From positions 13,326-77,325 of the forward strand of contig CACECK010000003.1 of NCBI GenBank assembly GCA_902557965.1: 64,000 bases of DNA. The letters are read 5' to 3'. The position numbers and the translations under genes were made by a program. Positions 7,787-18,394 of this stretch are shown here, piece after piece (position 1 is the stretch's first letter; each line of letters starts with the position of its first letter). The notes below the pieces were generated by a model. That model saw only the letters and a list, made by a program, of their open reading frames with translations. It did not search any database and was not told the DNA's origin. Origin of the DNA: an uncultured SAR86 cluster bacterium (GTDB taxonomy: Bacteria; Pseudomonadota; Gammaproteobacteria; Magnimaribacterales; D2472).

Positions 7787-9145
7787 ATGAGTAAGGGTTT
7801 TGTCTTATCTGATAATATTCTAAAAAATGATGTTAATGACAATAAATTTGATGGCGCATACTCACATAAGGCCTCAAAATCCCTAAATGACTTGGATCTA
7901 TTCACAAAAGGACAGCCTTTTGATTTTTATAAAGAGTTAAGAGAAAAAGCGCCAATATATTTTCATCAACCAATGCCTACAGATCCTGAACCTGGATATT
8001 GGGTTTTAACAAAATATGAAGATATTAAATATGTATCAATGAATCCAAATATCTTTTCATCACAATACTCATCCGGAAATTTATTAACTCTCGGCAATGA
8101 AGAGAACAGACATCCAAAACTTTTTAAATCTACTATTGATCATATGCTTAATCTCGATGGAGAGATGCACCTTGGCTTAAGAAAAGAACATATGCCTTTT
8201 TTTAAACCAGGCCATGTTGAAGAATTGCAGAAAAAAGTTTCAATGAAAGTTACTGAACTTTTAGATGCAATAGCGCCGTTAGGAGAATGTAATCTTGTTC
8301 ATAACGTATCACAACAATTACCAATCTTTACGTTATCTGAGGTTTTGGGCATTCCTGAAGAAGATAGGCAGAAGCTAGTTTCATGGATGGAATTTTTGGA
8401 ACTTGCTCAATACTTCACCTACGAAATGATTAAAGAACAAAATGAGGGTAAAACTAACTCTACACCAGATCCAGCAATGATAGAAATGTTTAATGCAATG
8501 GTTGATGAGATGTTTGACTATGGAAGGTTTATTTTAAAAGAAAAAAGAAAAAATCCCTCAGAAGATCTCCTGAGTGCAATTGCTAATGCTGAAATCGATG
8601 GTGAAAAACTAACAGATGAATTTTTAGACGGATCTTGGCTCTTAATTATTTTTGCAGGTAACGACACGACAAGAAATACTATGAGTGGAGGAATAAAGTT
8701 ATTGCATGAAAATCAGAAACAAAAAGAATTATTAATGCAAGATTCTGATTTACTTCCAAATTTTATTCACGAAACAATAAGGTGTGTTTCTCCAGTTATT
8801 CATATGAGAAGGACTTCTCTAGAGGAAACTGAAATAGGTGGTCAAAGAATAGGACCATTTGAAAAAATCTCATTATGGTATGGAGCTGCAAATAGAGATC
8901 CAGATATTTTTGAAAGTCCCGACGAATTTAATATCTTAAGAGCAAATGCTGATAAGCATTTGGCATTTGGTATTGGAAGACATACTTGCTTAGGCAAGCC
9001 AATAGCATTAATGCAATTAAAGGAGTTTTATTCACAATTTTTAAATAGGTTTAAAGATTTTGAATTGAATGGTGAATGGAAAGTTGCCCCTAATAATTTT
9101 GTTCATGCCATTCAAGAGATGCCAATAAAATTTACCCCTGAATGA
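7787..9145 (+). CDS. Cytochrome P450 (bacterial soluble)
   Basis: I-helix FAGNDTT, ExxR (ETIR), AANRDP, heme loop FGIGRHTCLG. Start moved to ATG 7787 (GGAG SD inside the upstream gene). Confidence 0.96.
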   Translation: MSKGFVLSDNILKNDVNDNKFDGAYSHKASKSLNDLDLFTKGQPFDFYKELREKAPIYFHQPMPTDPEPGYWVLTKYEDIKYVSMNPNIFSSQYSSGNLLTLGNEENRHPKLFKSTIDHMLNLDGEMHLGLRKEHMPFFKPGHVEELQKKVSMKVTELLDAIAPLGECNLVHNVSQQLPIFTLSEVLGIPEEDRQKLVSWMEFLELAQYFTYEMIKEQNEGKTNSTPDPAMIEMFNAMVDEMFDYGRFILKEKRKNPSEDLLSAIANAEIDGEKLTDEFLDGSWLLIIFAGNDTTRNTMSGGIKLLHENQKQKELLMQDSDLLPNFIHETIRCVSPVIHMRRTSLEETEIGGQRIGPFEKISLWYGAANRDPDIFESPDEFNILRANADKHLAFGIGRHTCLGKPIALMQLKEFYSQFLNRFKDFELNGEWKVAPNNFVHAIQEMPIKFTPE

Positions 9146-10416
9146 TAATTCCCTATCGATTTAAAGTTATTTTTTTATCATTTTTAGCAGTGTTTATTTG
9201 CTATATAGACAGAGTAAATATTTCTGTAGCAATCATTCCAATGCAAGAACAGTTTGGTTGGTCTGAATCACAAGTAGGAATCATTTTAGGATCTTTTTAT
9301 TTTGGATATATGATCACTATGATACTTGGCGGCTATCTAGCAGATAAATATGGCGGAAAAAAAGTTCTCGGGTATGGATTACTAATATGGTCGTTTTTTA
9401 CAATTATTACTCCTTTTTTTGCATATCAAGGGTTATGGTGGCTAATTTTAATAAGAATTTTAATGGGGCTAGGAGAGGGCGTAACTTTTCCATCATGGCA
9501 TGCAATTTATGCAAGATGGATACCATTCAAAGAGAGAACCAGAGCTGTTGGTTTTACAAATAGTGGAATTGCAGCAGGGACATTGTTTGGATATGCGGTT
9601 GCAGCGTTAATAATAGCTAACTATTCTTGGGAGTGGGTATTTTATTCGTTTGGAGTCTTAGGATTTTTTTGGTATTTTTTTTGGAACAGAAGTGTTACAT
9701 CTTTTCCAGAAGATAATCAGAGCTTGTCTCAAAATGAACTAGAATTAATTCAGTCAGAGGCACCAGCTAAAGATTCTGCTTCATCAATACCATTACTCAA
9801 ACTTATTCAAAATGGTCCATTTATGGCAATCACTGTTGCTACATTTTGCAACAATTGGTCTCTTTATACTTTTTTATCTTATTTACCAAAATATGTTAAT
9901 GCACCTGTTTCTCAGGGCGGTATGGGGATAGACTTAGGTTCAAATGCATTTATCTATTCAATTGTAATTCCTTGTCTAGTTGCAATGATTGCACTTATAT
10001 TGGGTGGTTTCTTAGCTGATGGCTTGATTAAAAGAGGTCATGAAGTTCTTAAGGTTAGAAAAACCGTTAATTCAATAGGATTTTTTGGATCAGCATTTTT
10101 CTTATACTTAATTTCTTTTGAAGACTCACTTATTAATGCTGTTATTTTACTTTGTCTTATTAATATTTGTTCAGGAATTTGTGCAGGTGGATTTGGAGTC
10201 AATCATGCAGATTTAGGACCAAAATATACTGGCTCATTAGTAGGAATAGCTGGGAGTATTGGGATGATTGCTGCAATTTTTGCTCCAATAGTAGCTGGAT
10301 TTATTTTAGAAATAACAAACTCATGGAGTTCAATTTTTTACATATGCTCATTGGTTTTAATTTTTGGAGGACTTTTTTATCTAATATTTGCTAGTGCAAG
10401 TAAACAGTTTGAATAA
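9142..10416 (+). CDS. MFS transporter, anion:cation symporter (ACS/SLC17-like) family
   Basis: ICYIDRVNISVAIIPM, GGYLADKYGGKK, RILMGLGEGVTFP, NHADLGPKYTG; ATGA overlap with P450. Confidence 0.92.
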   Translation: MIIPYRFKVIFLSFLAVFICYIDRVNISVAIIPMQEQFGWSESQVGIILGSFYFGYMITMILGGYLADKYGGKKVLGYGLLIWSFFTIITPFFAYQGLWWLILIRILMGLGEGVTFPSWHAIYARWIPFKERTRAVGFTNSGIAAGTLFGYAVAALIIANYSWEWVFYSFGVLGFFWYFFWNRSVTSFPEDNQSLSQNELELIQSEAPAKDSASSIPLLKLIQNGPFMAITVATFCNNWSLYTFLSYLPKYVNAPVSQGGMGIDLGSNAFIYSIVIPCLVAMIALILGGFLADGLIKRGHEVLKVRKTVNSIGFFGSAFFLYLISFEDSLINAVILLCLINICSGICAGGFGVNHADLGPKYTGSLVGIAGSIGMIAAIFAPIVAGFILEITNSWSSIFYICSLVLIFGGLFYLIFASASKQFE

Positions 10417-10426
10417 ACAATAAAAA

Positions 10427-10930
10427 TCAGTTTACAGTAACTTCTTGAAAGAAATCAAAAATCTCTTGGCTTGATCTATCTCTTGCAGTTCTCCATTCAG
10501 TTGTTCTGGAATTGTTAAGCAAATTCTTTTCTTTATCAAATACCAAAAGTCTTGGAATACCTTCTGCAGCAGGAATGCCATACTCTTCCATGAGATTCAT
10601 ATTTATCTCATATCTTTTAACATCGATATATAAAACATTAAACTCTTCTTCAATATAAGATTTTATTTTAGGAATATTCATTGTTCCTGCAAAGATTCTG
10701 CAATCAGGACACCAATTAGCACCAAACATCAAAATAGGTTGCTTATTTTGAATTATAGTTTTTTCTATAAAATTATTTAGATCTTTGACATTATAAATTT
10801 TTCCATCGTAAGGCAAAGGCAGCGGTGTTGATAATTTATCGTTTTCATTAAGCATGATATTCCCATAAATATTCATACTAAATAAAAAAAAGTATGAAAC
10901 AGTAAGATATTTGATTAAACTCTTATACAT
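10427..10930 (-). CDS. Exported thioredoxin-family protein
   Basis: N-terminal signal, FGANWCPDC, GIP cis-Pro loop. Confidence 0.88.
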   Translation of the reverse strand: MYKSLIKYLTVSYFFLFSMNIYGNIMLNENDKLSTPLPLPYDGKIYNVKDLNNFIEKTIIQNKQPILMFGANWCPDCRIFAGTMNIPKIKSYIEEEFNVLYIDVKRYEINMNLMEEYGIPAAEGIPRLLVFDKEKNLLNNSRTTEWRTARDRSSQEIFDFFQEVTVN

Positions 10931-10986
10931 ATTATTGAATAAAAAAAGTAATAATAATTTTATTGCAAAAATGGAGAGAATATAAG

Positions 10987-11394
10987 TTGATCTGGATAAA
11001 TAGAACGTATTTATTATTCATGGCCCTGGTATATGGGTTAATTGGTGGATGGGCAATCTTAGACCCATTAGCTGCAGGACTAGATTTAGGATGGCCAAGC
11101 TTTATGGAGGCAGTTGGACTCTCAGTTACATCATCCATCGGTTACTCAGAAATTGCAGGCATATATGGTGGTTTAAATTTATGTATTGGAATTATGTGTT
11201 TAATAGGCATATTTAAGAAAGATATAGGTATTTTTTCAATTAAGTTAATAACATTTTTAGTTGGATCAATTGCTTTTGGTAGAGTGCTATTTTCTATGCT
11301 GCCGACGACTCCAAGCTTTTATAATTCTTTCTTTGTTTTTGAAGTATCTGCCTTGGTAGTTGGTTTATTTCTTTTGTATTTTCAAAAAGATTAA
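10987..11394 (+). CDS. DUF4345-like membrane protein (second paralog)
   Basis: SEIAGIYGGL and GR motifs; start estimated at TTG 10987 after GGAG. Confidence 0.7.
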   Translation: MIWINRTYLLFMALVYGLIGGWAILDPLAAGLDLGWPSFMEAVGLSVTSSIGYSEIAGIYGGLNLCIGIMCLIGIFKKDIGIFSIKLITFLVGSIAFGRVLFSMLPTTPSFYNSFFVFEVSALVVGLFLLYFQKD

Positions 11395-12344
11395 ATAAAG
11401 TTACTTAAATTTAAAATATAAGCTACATAACCAATAACAAAAATAACACCGATTGATCTGACCAAAGATGTTGGAACTTTTTTTGAGGAGTAGGTGATGC
11501 CAACCAACATGAAAAGTATCGTCGCAATTATCATTACGCAGTAATCTCTGTTAAATAGTAATTGATCGAGTTGAACATTTGAAAATAATCCAATAATTGG
11601 AACGACCAAAGTAATGTTTAGTACATTAGATCCTATTACATTGCCTACAACCATATCCGTTTTCTTTTTAATAATTGCGCTTATCGTTGCCGCTAATTCA
11701 GGCAAACTTGTGCCGATTGCTATTATTGTTAAACCAATAACTAGCTCTGATATTTTTAGTAAAATCGCAATCTTTTCTGCATATATAACTGCAAAATTTG
11801 AACCCACAATTAAGGCAACTAAACCAGCAATTAACATAACTGAAATATAGATTGAGTTATCTTTCGGCATTGAGGTAGTCAAAACTAATTCATCAGAAGC
11901 CCTGTTTTTAAAAATAATGTAAAGGAAAAAAGTAAATACAATTAATAACAAAATACTTTCAAAAGGTGTTATCAATAAGTCTTTGAGTGCATATCCTAAA
12001 ATTAGTGCTGATAATAAAAAAGGAATGAACTGTATTAATGGTGTTTCCTTAGGTTTTGTTGCTATACCAATACAAGAAACTCCAAAAATAAGAGCAATAT
12101 TGGAAATGTTTGATCCAACTACAGCACCCATTGCTAAAGGTTCACTTTGGTTAAGTATGGATGAAATTCCTACAAATATTTCTGGTGCAGACGTTCCAAG
12201 TGCAACCACTGTGAGGCCTATAGTAAGCTCACTTATACCTAATTGCTTGGCAATTATTGAAGAGTTATCAACAAATTTATCTGCTCCCCATATTAAGACC
12301 ATTAGCGATAGACCTAATAGAAGAAGATTTATTAAGAAATCCAT
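11391..12344 (-). CDS. Calcium/sodium antiporter (YrbG/CaCA family)
   Basis: Duplicated alpha repeats GTSAPE...GSNISN and GTSLPE...GSNVLN. Confidence 0.93.
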   Translation of the reverse strand: MDFLINLLLLGLSLMVLIWGADKFVDNSSIIAKQLGISELTIGLTVVALGTSAPEIFVGISSILNQSEPLAMGAVVGSNISNIALIFGVSCIGIATKPKETPLIQFIPFLLSALILGYALKDLLITPFESILLLIVFTFFLYIIFKNRASDELVLTTSMPKDNSIYISVMLIAGLVALIVGSNFAVIYAEKIAILLKISELVIGLTIIAIGTSLPELAATISAIIKKKTDMVVGNVIGSNVLNITLVVPIIGLFSNVQLDQLLFNRDYCVMIIATILFMLVGITYSSKKVPTSLVRSIGVIFVIGYVAYILNLSNFI

Positions 12345-12426
12345 AAATTATTTTACCTCAGTTATTAATGAAATTAATTATGTTTGTTTAATTTACAATA
12401 GAATATAATCATTGCTTTAACTTAAA

Positions 12427-13233
12427 GTGTTTAATATGAAGATTTCAAATTTATTTAGTATTGAAAATAAAATTGCTGTTGTTACGGGCGGTTCAAGAGG
12501 AATTGGAGAGATGATAACAGCTGGGTTTTTAGCCAATGGAGTAAAAGTTTATATTTCTGCAAGAAAAGCACCTGCCTTAATTGAAAAAGCAAAAGAACTT
12601 TCAGATAAATATCAACAAGAATGCATTCCTATCCCATGCGACTTAAGCACAATGGAAGGAATTGAAGAATTTTCCAAGACCATAGAAGATAATGAGGATG
12701 GCATTGATTTTTTGATTAATAATGCTGGGGCTGCATGGGGAGAGCCTTTGGAGAGTTTTTCAGAAAAAGGTTGGGATAAAGTAATGGATTTAAATGTAAA
12801 GTCCATATTCTTTTTAACTCAAAAATTTAAAAATCTTTTATCAAACAATGCATCTGAAGATGATCCATCTAGGGTTATTAATATTGGATCAATTGATGGA
12901 TTAAATGTTCCAGCAATGGAAACATACCCTTATGGGGCTTCAAAAGCCGCAGTTCATCATTTAACAAGAGTTTTGGCAGCAAAATTAGTAAAGGAAAACA
13001 TTTTGGTTAACGCTATAGCGCCTGGCCCATACCCAAGTGCTATGCTGGGCTCAGCAGTCAATCATGATTATTCTGAAATTGCTAAAAGAAATCCTAGAAA
13101 TAGAGTAGGGACTCCAGAGGATATGGCAGGACTTGCTATCTTTTTATGTTCAAGAGCTGGGGCTTACACAGTTGGTGAAACAATAACATCAGACGGCGGA
13201 ATTGTTAAAACATCTACTCACAATCTAAGCTAG
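12427..13233 (+). CDS. Short-chain dehydrogenase/reductase (3-oxoacyl reductase-like)
   Basis: TGGSRGIG, NNAG, YGASK; start may be ATG 12436. Confidence 0.93.
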   Translation: MFNMKISNLFSIENKIAVVTGGSRGIGEMITAGFLANGVKVYISARKAPALIEKAKELSDKYQQECIPIPCDLSTMEGIEEFSKTIEDNEDGIDFLINNAGAAWGEPLESFSEKGWDKVMDLNVKSIFFLTQKFKNLLSNNASEDDPSRVINIGSIDGLNVPAMETYPYGASKAAVHHLTRVLAAKLVKENILVNAIAPGPYPSAMLGSAVNHDYSEIAKRNPRNRVGTPEDMAGLAIFLCSRAGAYTVGETITSDGGIVKTSTHNLS

Positions 13234-13234
13234 T

Positions 13235-14137
13235 TTATCTTTGGGCGTGTTTAAATGCTCTTATGATAAGGTCCCTCATCCAATTATGACCTCCGTCACC
13301 CTCATCATTTTTATGCCATATTAAGAAATATTCCATTGCTGGTATATCTAGTGGTATTTCTGCAAATGGTAAGTTATTTCTTTTTGCAAAACTTCTAGTT
13401 CCCATTAGAACTAAATCTGTTGATTGTATTATGGTAGGCGCAATTAAAAAATGCTGACATCTTAGAGAAACTTCTCTTCTATGACCAGCTTTTTCAAGCT
13501 CTCTATCTATTAGATGCAAACCTCTTCTTCTATTTGAAACATGAAGATGTTTTTGATCAAGTATATTATCTACTGAGACATCTTTGATTTTAGATAATTC
13601 ATGACCCTCTCTATACATCACCACAAAATCATCTTCAAAAACCTTTTCAGAATTTATTTCATCTGAATGAGGAATTATCGGATCCACAACAAAATCTAAG
13701 TTATTTGTTGCTAGAGCATGAACTTGGTCACTTCTTTGATATGCATAACTGCCTACAGAAATATTCTGAGCATCTTCATAAATTTCTTTCATTATAAAAG
13801 GTAGAACACGTCCTTCAGAAACATCACCTAAGGAAAGTTTAAAATTTCTTTTAGATGATTTTGGATCAAAAGTATCTGGTTCATTCACACTTTGTTGAAT
13901 TAAAGTCAAAGCGCTTTGAACGTCAGTAATCATATTTTCAGTTTTTTGTGTAGGCACCATTCCTGAGCCAGTTCTTACAAAAAGATCATCATTAAATTTC
14001 TCTCTGAGCCTTGACAGTGCGTTACTAACAGCTGGCTGAGTAATACCAACAACTTCTGCAGCTTTTGTAAGACTGCCTTCAGTATAAATAGCATTTAAAA
14101 TTACAAATAAATTTAAATCAAACGAGCTTATTTTCAT
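13235..14137 (-). CDS. LysR-family regulator (NodD/DntR-like)
   Basis: DLNLFVIL...SLTKAAEVVGITQPAVSNALSRLR HTH; divergent from acyl-CoA dehydrogenase. Confidence 0.95.
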   Translation of the reverse strand: MKISSFDLNLFVILNAIYTEGSLTKAAEVVGITQPAVSNALSRLREKFNDDLFVRTGSGMVPTQKTENMITDVQSALTLIQQSVNEPDTFDPKSSKRNFKLSLGDVSEGRVLPFIMKEIYEDAQNISVGSYAYQRSDQVHALATNNLDFVVDPIIPHSDEINSEKVFEDDFVVMYREGHELSKIKDVSVDNILDQKHLHVSNRRRGLHLIDRELEKAGHRREVSLRCQHFLIAPTIIQSTDLVLMGTRSFAKRNNLPFAEIPLDIPAMEYFLIWHKNDEGDGGHNWMRDLIIRAFKHAQR

Positions 14138-14225
14138 ATTAACGATACCCCCATCGTTATTTTAGTATCAAGAATATATCTCTAATTTCGTATGGATTTG
14201 TACCTTACATACAGCTATCATAGAA

Positions 14226-14260
14226 ATAAGTAGTTATATACTATTCACAATACTTATAAT
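14226..14260. promoter_or_regulatory. Candidate LysR operator in the divergent promoter
   Basis: ATAAGTA...TACTTAT inverted repeat and ATTCACAATACTTATAAT; position typical of LTTR sites, but AT-rich so weak. Confidence 0.3.
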
Positions 14261-14298
14261 AGTAACAAAATTTTTAATATAACGGGAGTATTAAGCGC

Positions 14299-15519
14299 AT
14301 GATGCCTGAATTAAGACCAGAAGCCACAGATTTACTTGATAGAGTAAAAAGCTTTATTAACGATGAAGTAAAACCAAAAGAGCACGTTTTTCATGATCAA
14401 ATCAAAGAAGGTGAAGATAGATGGAATCAATATCCAGCTGTTATAGATGAGCTTAAAGATAAAGCTAAATCAGCGGGCTTATGGAATTTATTTTTACCAG
14501 AAAGTGAGTTTGGTGCCGGCTTAACTAATTATGAATACGCTCACTTAGCTGAGCAAATGGGTAAGTCGCATATCGCATCTGAAGCAATGAATTGTAGTGC
14601 TCCTGATACCGGGAATATGGAAGTTATTGCAAGATATGGCAATGAGCAACATCAAGAGGAATGGCTTCAACCACTATTGGATGGAAAAATTAGATCTGCA
14701 TTTGGTATGACTGAACCAGGAACGGCATCAAGCGATGCAACTAATATGCAAGCTACTGCTGTGCTAGATGGAGATGACTATGTAATAAACGGAGAGAAGT
14801 GGTGGACTTCTGGTGCAGGTGATCCAAGATGCAAAATTATTATATTTATGTGTGTCACAAATCCTGATAATGCAAAACATCAACGCCATTCTATGATTCT
14901 TGTCCCAATGGATACCGAAGGAGTTGAAATAAAGAAAATGATGCATGTTTTCGGTTACGATGATGCACCGCATGGACATGCTCATATGAAATTCACAAAT
15001 GTAAGAGTCCCTAAGGAAAATCTATTACTTGGTGAGGGTAGAGGGTTTGAAATAGCTCAAGGAAGACTAGGACCTGGAAGAATACATCATTGTATGAGAG
15101 CAATTGGAGTTGGTGAAGTTGCTCTTGAACTAATGTGCAAAAGAGGAATTGATCCAGATAAGGTTGCTTTTGGTAAAAACCTTGCACAATTAGGCGCTAA
15201 CTTTGATTATATTGCCGAATCAAGAATTGAATTAAACGCTGCAAGATTTTTAACTCTTGATGCAGCAGTAAAAATGGATACTGTAGGTAACAAAGTGGCC
15301 GCTAGTGAAATTGCTCAAATAAAAGTATATGCACCTAATGTTGCACTTAAAATTATTGATAGAGCAATTCAGATTCATGGAGGTGAGGGCGTCTCACAGT
15401 TAACACCTTTAGCGAGCATGTATGCTCATATGAGAACGCTTAGATTGGCTGATGGGCCTGATGAAGTTCACAGAAGAGCTGTTGCAAGACATGAGTTAGG
15501 TAAATATATCGCGAGATAA
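14299..15519 (+). CDS. Acyl-CoA dehydrogenase (ACAD10/11-like bacterial group)
   Basis: [50 protein letters not shown]. Confidence 0.95.
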   Translation: MMPELRPEATDLLDRVKSFINDEVKPKEHVFHDQIKEGEDRWNQYPAVIDELKDKAKSAGLWNLFLPESEFGAGLTNYEYAHLAEQMGKSHIASEAMNCSAPDTGNMEVIARYGNEQHQEEWLQPLLDGKIRSAFGMTEPGTASSDATNMQATAVLDGDDYVINGEKWWTSGAGDPRCKIIIFMCVTNPDNAKHQRHSMILVPMDTEGVEIKKMMHVFGYDDAPHGHAHMKFTNVRVPKENLLLGEGRGFEIAQGRLGPGRIHHCMRAIGVGEVALELMCKRGIDPDKVAFGKNLAQLGANFDYIAESRIELNAARFLTLDAAVKMDTVGNKVAASEIAQIKVYAPNVALKIIDRAIQIHGGEGVSQLTPLASMYAHMRTLRLADGPDEVHRRAVARHELGKYIAR

Positions 15520-15521
15520 TT

Positions 15522-16919
15522 TTGTTTAATAAATTTGTTTTTTACGATACTGAGACAACAGGTATCCATAAAGATTTTAGTCAAATAATTCAATGCGGAT
15601 CAATTTTAACTGATTCAAACTTCACAAACCTAGACGAGCAAAATATTGGAAGCTCACCTTTGCCATGGATCATACCTCAACCTAGAGCTATGCTGACAAA
15701 TAAAAAAATAAACCAATTCAAATCTAACACTTCTCATTATCAAATGATGAAAGAGATACAACATAAATGGAAGGAATGGGCAATTGATGAACCGTCTGTA
15801 TTTATAACATATAACGGCCATGCCTTTGATGAAGAACTTATTAGACGTCAGTTATGGTGTAATCTTCTCGAACCGTATATTACTAACACTAATGGCAATG
15901 GAAGATTGGATTTGATGTTAATGATTCATAATATTGCTTCGTTTTTTTCAGATGAAATATCTATACCATTTTTTGAGGGTGGGCCCTCTTATAGCATTAA
16001 ACTTGAGCACCTTGCTTCAGAACATGGAATTGATGTTAGTGATGCACATGATGCAATATCAGATTGTAAATTTATGATAGGGCTATGTAAAAAAATCAAA
16101 AAAGAGCTTCCTGAGGTTTTTGAATCATTTATCAATATTTCAACTAAAGATGGCATAAAAAATCTCCTTTACTCAGAAGAATTTCTGGCACTAGGAGAAG
16201 TACATAGAAGACACGCTTTTCAATATCCAGTTGTAATATGTGGCGCTGATAATTCTAGGCCTAATGATATATGCTTTTATGATTTAAGTTTTGATCCAGA
16301 TGAAATCCTAGATCTAGATTTCACAGAAATAAACAAAATGATTCAAGGTGGAGGGAGAGACCTCCCTTTAAAAAAATACAAGATTAATAAAACTATTCCG
16401 GTTTGCTCTAGCAAGTATTTAAATAAAAAAGATCACTTTGATATTGATCATGACGAGTTACAAAGAAGAGCTGAAATTGTGAAAAATAATAAGGATTTCC
16501 AAACTAAAGTTTCTCAAGCCATGGAAGATAGATTGATGAATTTTCCTGAACCTGATTATGTTGAGGGTACTATATATTCAGGTGGCTTTCCTTCTTACAG
16601 GGATAAAGATCTTATGCAAGAATTTCATGCATGTGAAGATGTTGAGCACCTAGTAAAAATCTCCAGAAACTTTGAAGATGATAGGTATAGAATTCTTGCT
16701 GAAAGAATTATTTGTTCTAATTATGATGCAGATATCCCATCAGATGTTCAAGAAAGATATCTTGCCCTTACACATGAAAGAACTCAGACTGATGGTAAAT
16801 GGGGTTCTATAGAAAAATCATTAAACGATATTGAAAAACTTTTAAACGAAAAAGAAGACAAAGAAGATCAGATCATTCTTAAGGCCACAAAAGAAAAGCT
16901 ATTATCAATGAAACAATAG
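15522..16919 (+). CDS. sbcB: Exodeoxyribonuclease I
   Basis: DEDDh motifs FYDTETTG, YNGHAFDEE, KLEHLA..HG, AHDAISD; TTG start. Confidence 0.85.
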   Translation: MFNKFVFYDTETTGIHKDFSQIIQCGSILTDSNFTNLDEQNIGSSPLPWIIPQPRAMLTNKKINQFKSNTSHYQMMKEIQHKWKEWAIDEPSVFITYNGHAFDEELIRRQLWCNLLEPYITNTNGNGRLDLMLMIHNIASFFSDEISIPFFEGGPSYSIKLEHLASEHGIDVSDAHDAISDCKFMIGLCKKIKKELPEVFESFINISTKDGIKNLLYSEEFLALGEVHRRHAFQYPVVICGADNSRPNDICFYDLSFDPDEILDLDFTEINKMIQGGGRDLPLKKYKINKTIPVCSSKYLNKKDHFDIDHDELQRRAEIVKNNKDFQTKVSQAMEDRLMNFPEPDYVEGTIYSGGFPSYRDKDLMQEFHACEDVEHLVKISRNFEDDRYRILAERIICSNYDADIPSDVQERYLALTHERTQTDGKWGSIEKSLNDIEKLLNEKEDKEDQIILKATKEKLLSMKQ

Positions 16920-16921
16920 TA

Positions 16922-17668
16922 ATGAAAAAATCTCAACTTTTTCTAAGTCTAATTCTTGCTTTTACTTTAATTAATTCCAATTATATTAAGTCTGATATAC
17001 AAATAACTGACTTTAACTTAGATGATGTACTTAAAAGTGGAAGAGACTTAATGTCTCTTGATTATGGTCTGCATTATCTTGAAGATAAATCAGATTCACA
17101 AAACACATTATTTATAGGAGTTCATGGAAGTGACAGTCAAGGATATGAATGGATCTATCCCTTAATCACCATCAATGACTCTAACAATTTGATTAGTTTT
17201 TACAGATATAACGATAATATTTGTCCTGACAGAGCATATATGAATATTTCAAATGAAATTATTGCTGTTTTAGATTCAAATAAAAATATTCAAAATGTTG
17301 TTTTAATGGGACATAGTTATGGGGCAATGATTGTTGCATTGTTTTCTGACAAATGGATTAAAGAAATTCCATTAACCATTCATACAGTAGCAGGACCATT
17401 AACAGGACCAATTTCAACTTCTTTCAAATCTAGCCTATTTAGAAATATATGCGAATATTCTCCTCCAAAAAAATTAAAAGATAAGGTAAATTTTTTTCAA
17501 TGGAGGACCATTAAAGAATTGGACGGAGCATTTAACAGCCTAGACCATGATCCTCAGGTTATTGATGTTCAAGGAAGTTACGTAACAAGACTACCCAAAG
17601 TTTATAATGGCAGAAGACTTGGTCACAATTGGTCATTGAGTTGGGTTGCTGAAGAAATTACAAAATAG
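16922..17668 (+). CDS. Exported alpha/beta hydrolase
   Basis: Signal peptide, VHG oxyanion motif, GHSYG nucleophile elbow, C-terminal GHNWS. Confidence 0.75.
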   Translation: MKKSQLFLSLILAFTLINSNYIKSDIQITDFNLDDVLKSGRDLMSLDYGLHYLEDKSDSQNTLFIGVHGSDSQGYEWIYPLITINDSNNLISFYRYNDNICPDRAYMNISNEIIAVLDSNKNIQNVVLMGHSYGAMIVALFSDKWIKEIPLTIHTVAGPLTGPISTSFKSSLFRNICEYSPPKKLKDKVNFFQWRTIKELDGAFNSLDHDPQVIDVQGSYVTRLPKVYNGRRLGHNWSLSWVAEEITK

Positions 17669-17673
17669 TAAGT

Positions 17674-17750
17674 TGGTGGGCGAGGAGAGATTCGAACTCC
17701 CGACTTCCTGCGTGTCGAGCAGACACTCTAACCAACTGAGTTACTCGCCC
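17674..17750 (-). tRNA. tRNA-Val(GAC)
   Basis: Reverse complement GGGCGAG...TCTGC-TC-GAC-AC-GCAGG...GTTCGAA...CTCGCCC-A-CCA. Confidence 0.96.
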
Positions 17751-17814
17751 TAAAGTTCGTAATTTTACACAAAAAAAGGCGTTATCTTGTATTTTTAATT
17801 AAATATCTTTTATC

Positions 17815-18258
17815 TTAAAGTTGAGCAAGATAGTCATCAAGGCGAGTTTGATTCATTACAAATGATGACTTCACCATTTGAGCTTTAGTCTTTACTGTAG
17901 CTAAATTTGAAGTATCGTCACCAACTTGTATTACACCAACCATTGCCATCATTGAGTGAGGAGTGCATTGATAAGCATAAACACCAGGTTGAGTTAATGT
18001 AACTGTGATATCTCTACTTAGTTGTCCATTCCATGACACAGCATTTTCAGGAATCATGCCTGGTAACGAAGCTGAATTATGAGCAGCATCAGTTGATTCA
18101 AATGTAACAGAGTCTCCAACAGCAACTTTAAGGACTGCAGGCTCAAAAACCATGACCCCACCTGAGCCTTGATTTAACATTTTTACAACATGATTAGCGC
18201 TATGAAGATCAAGCTGCATCATAAGTAAAGGAAATATTAAAAGGTATTTTTTCATCAT
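17815..18258 (-). CDS. Pseudoazurin / plastocyanin-like blue copper protein
   Basis: VKMLN, MVFEP, His (AAHNS), C-x2-H-x4-M (YQCTPHSMMAM); start moved to ATG 18258 (GGAG SD). Confidence 0.9.
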   Translation of the reverse strand: MMKKYLLIFPLLMMQLDLHSANHVVKMLNQGSGGVMVFEPAVLKVAVGDSVTFESTDAAHNSASLPGMIPENAVSWNGQLSRDITVTLTQPGVYAYQCTPHSMMAMVGVIQVGDDTSNLATVKTKAQMVKSSFVMNQTRLDDYLAQL

Positions 18259-18394
18259 ATTCTCCGTATGTCGCATTATTTTAATTATTTATAATTAAAT
18301 ATCAATATTATTTATAATAATAAATATTTTCGGTTGGAATAAATCACAATTAAAGATATATTAAACACATATTTATCACACATAAGGAATCTCA

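Noticed and set aside
11614-12408. Long antisense ORFs (11614, 11983; similarly 22348, 37229, 45705 and others)
   Set aside because: They lie opposite well-supported genes, have no recognisable motifs and are typical codon-shadow ORFs.
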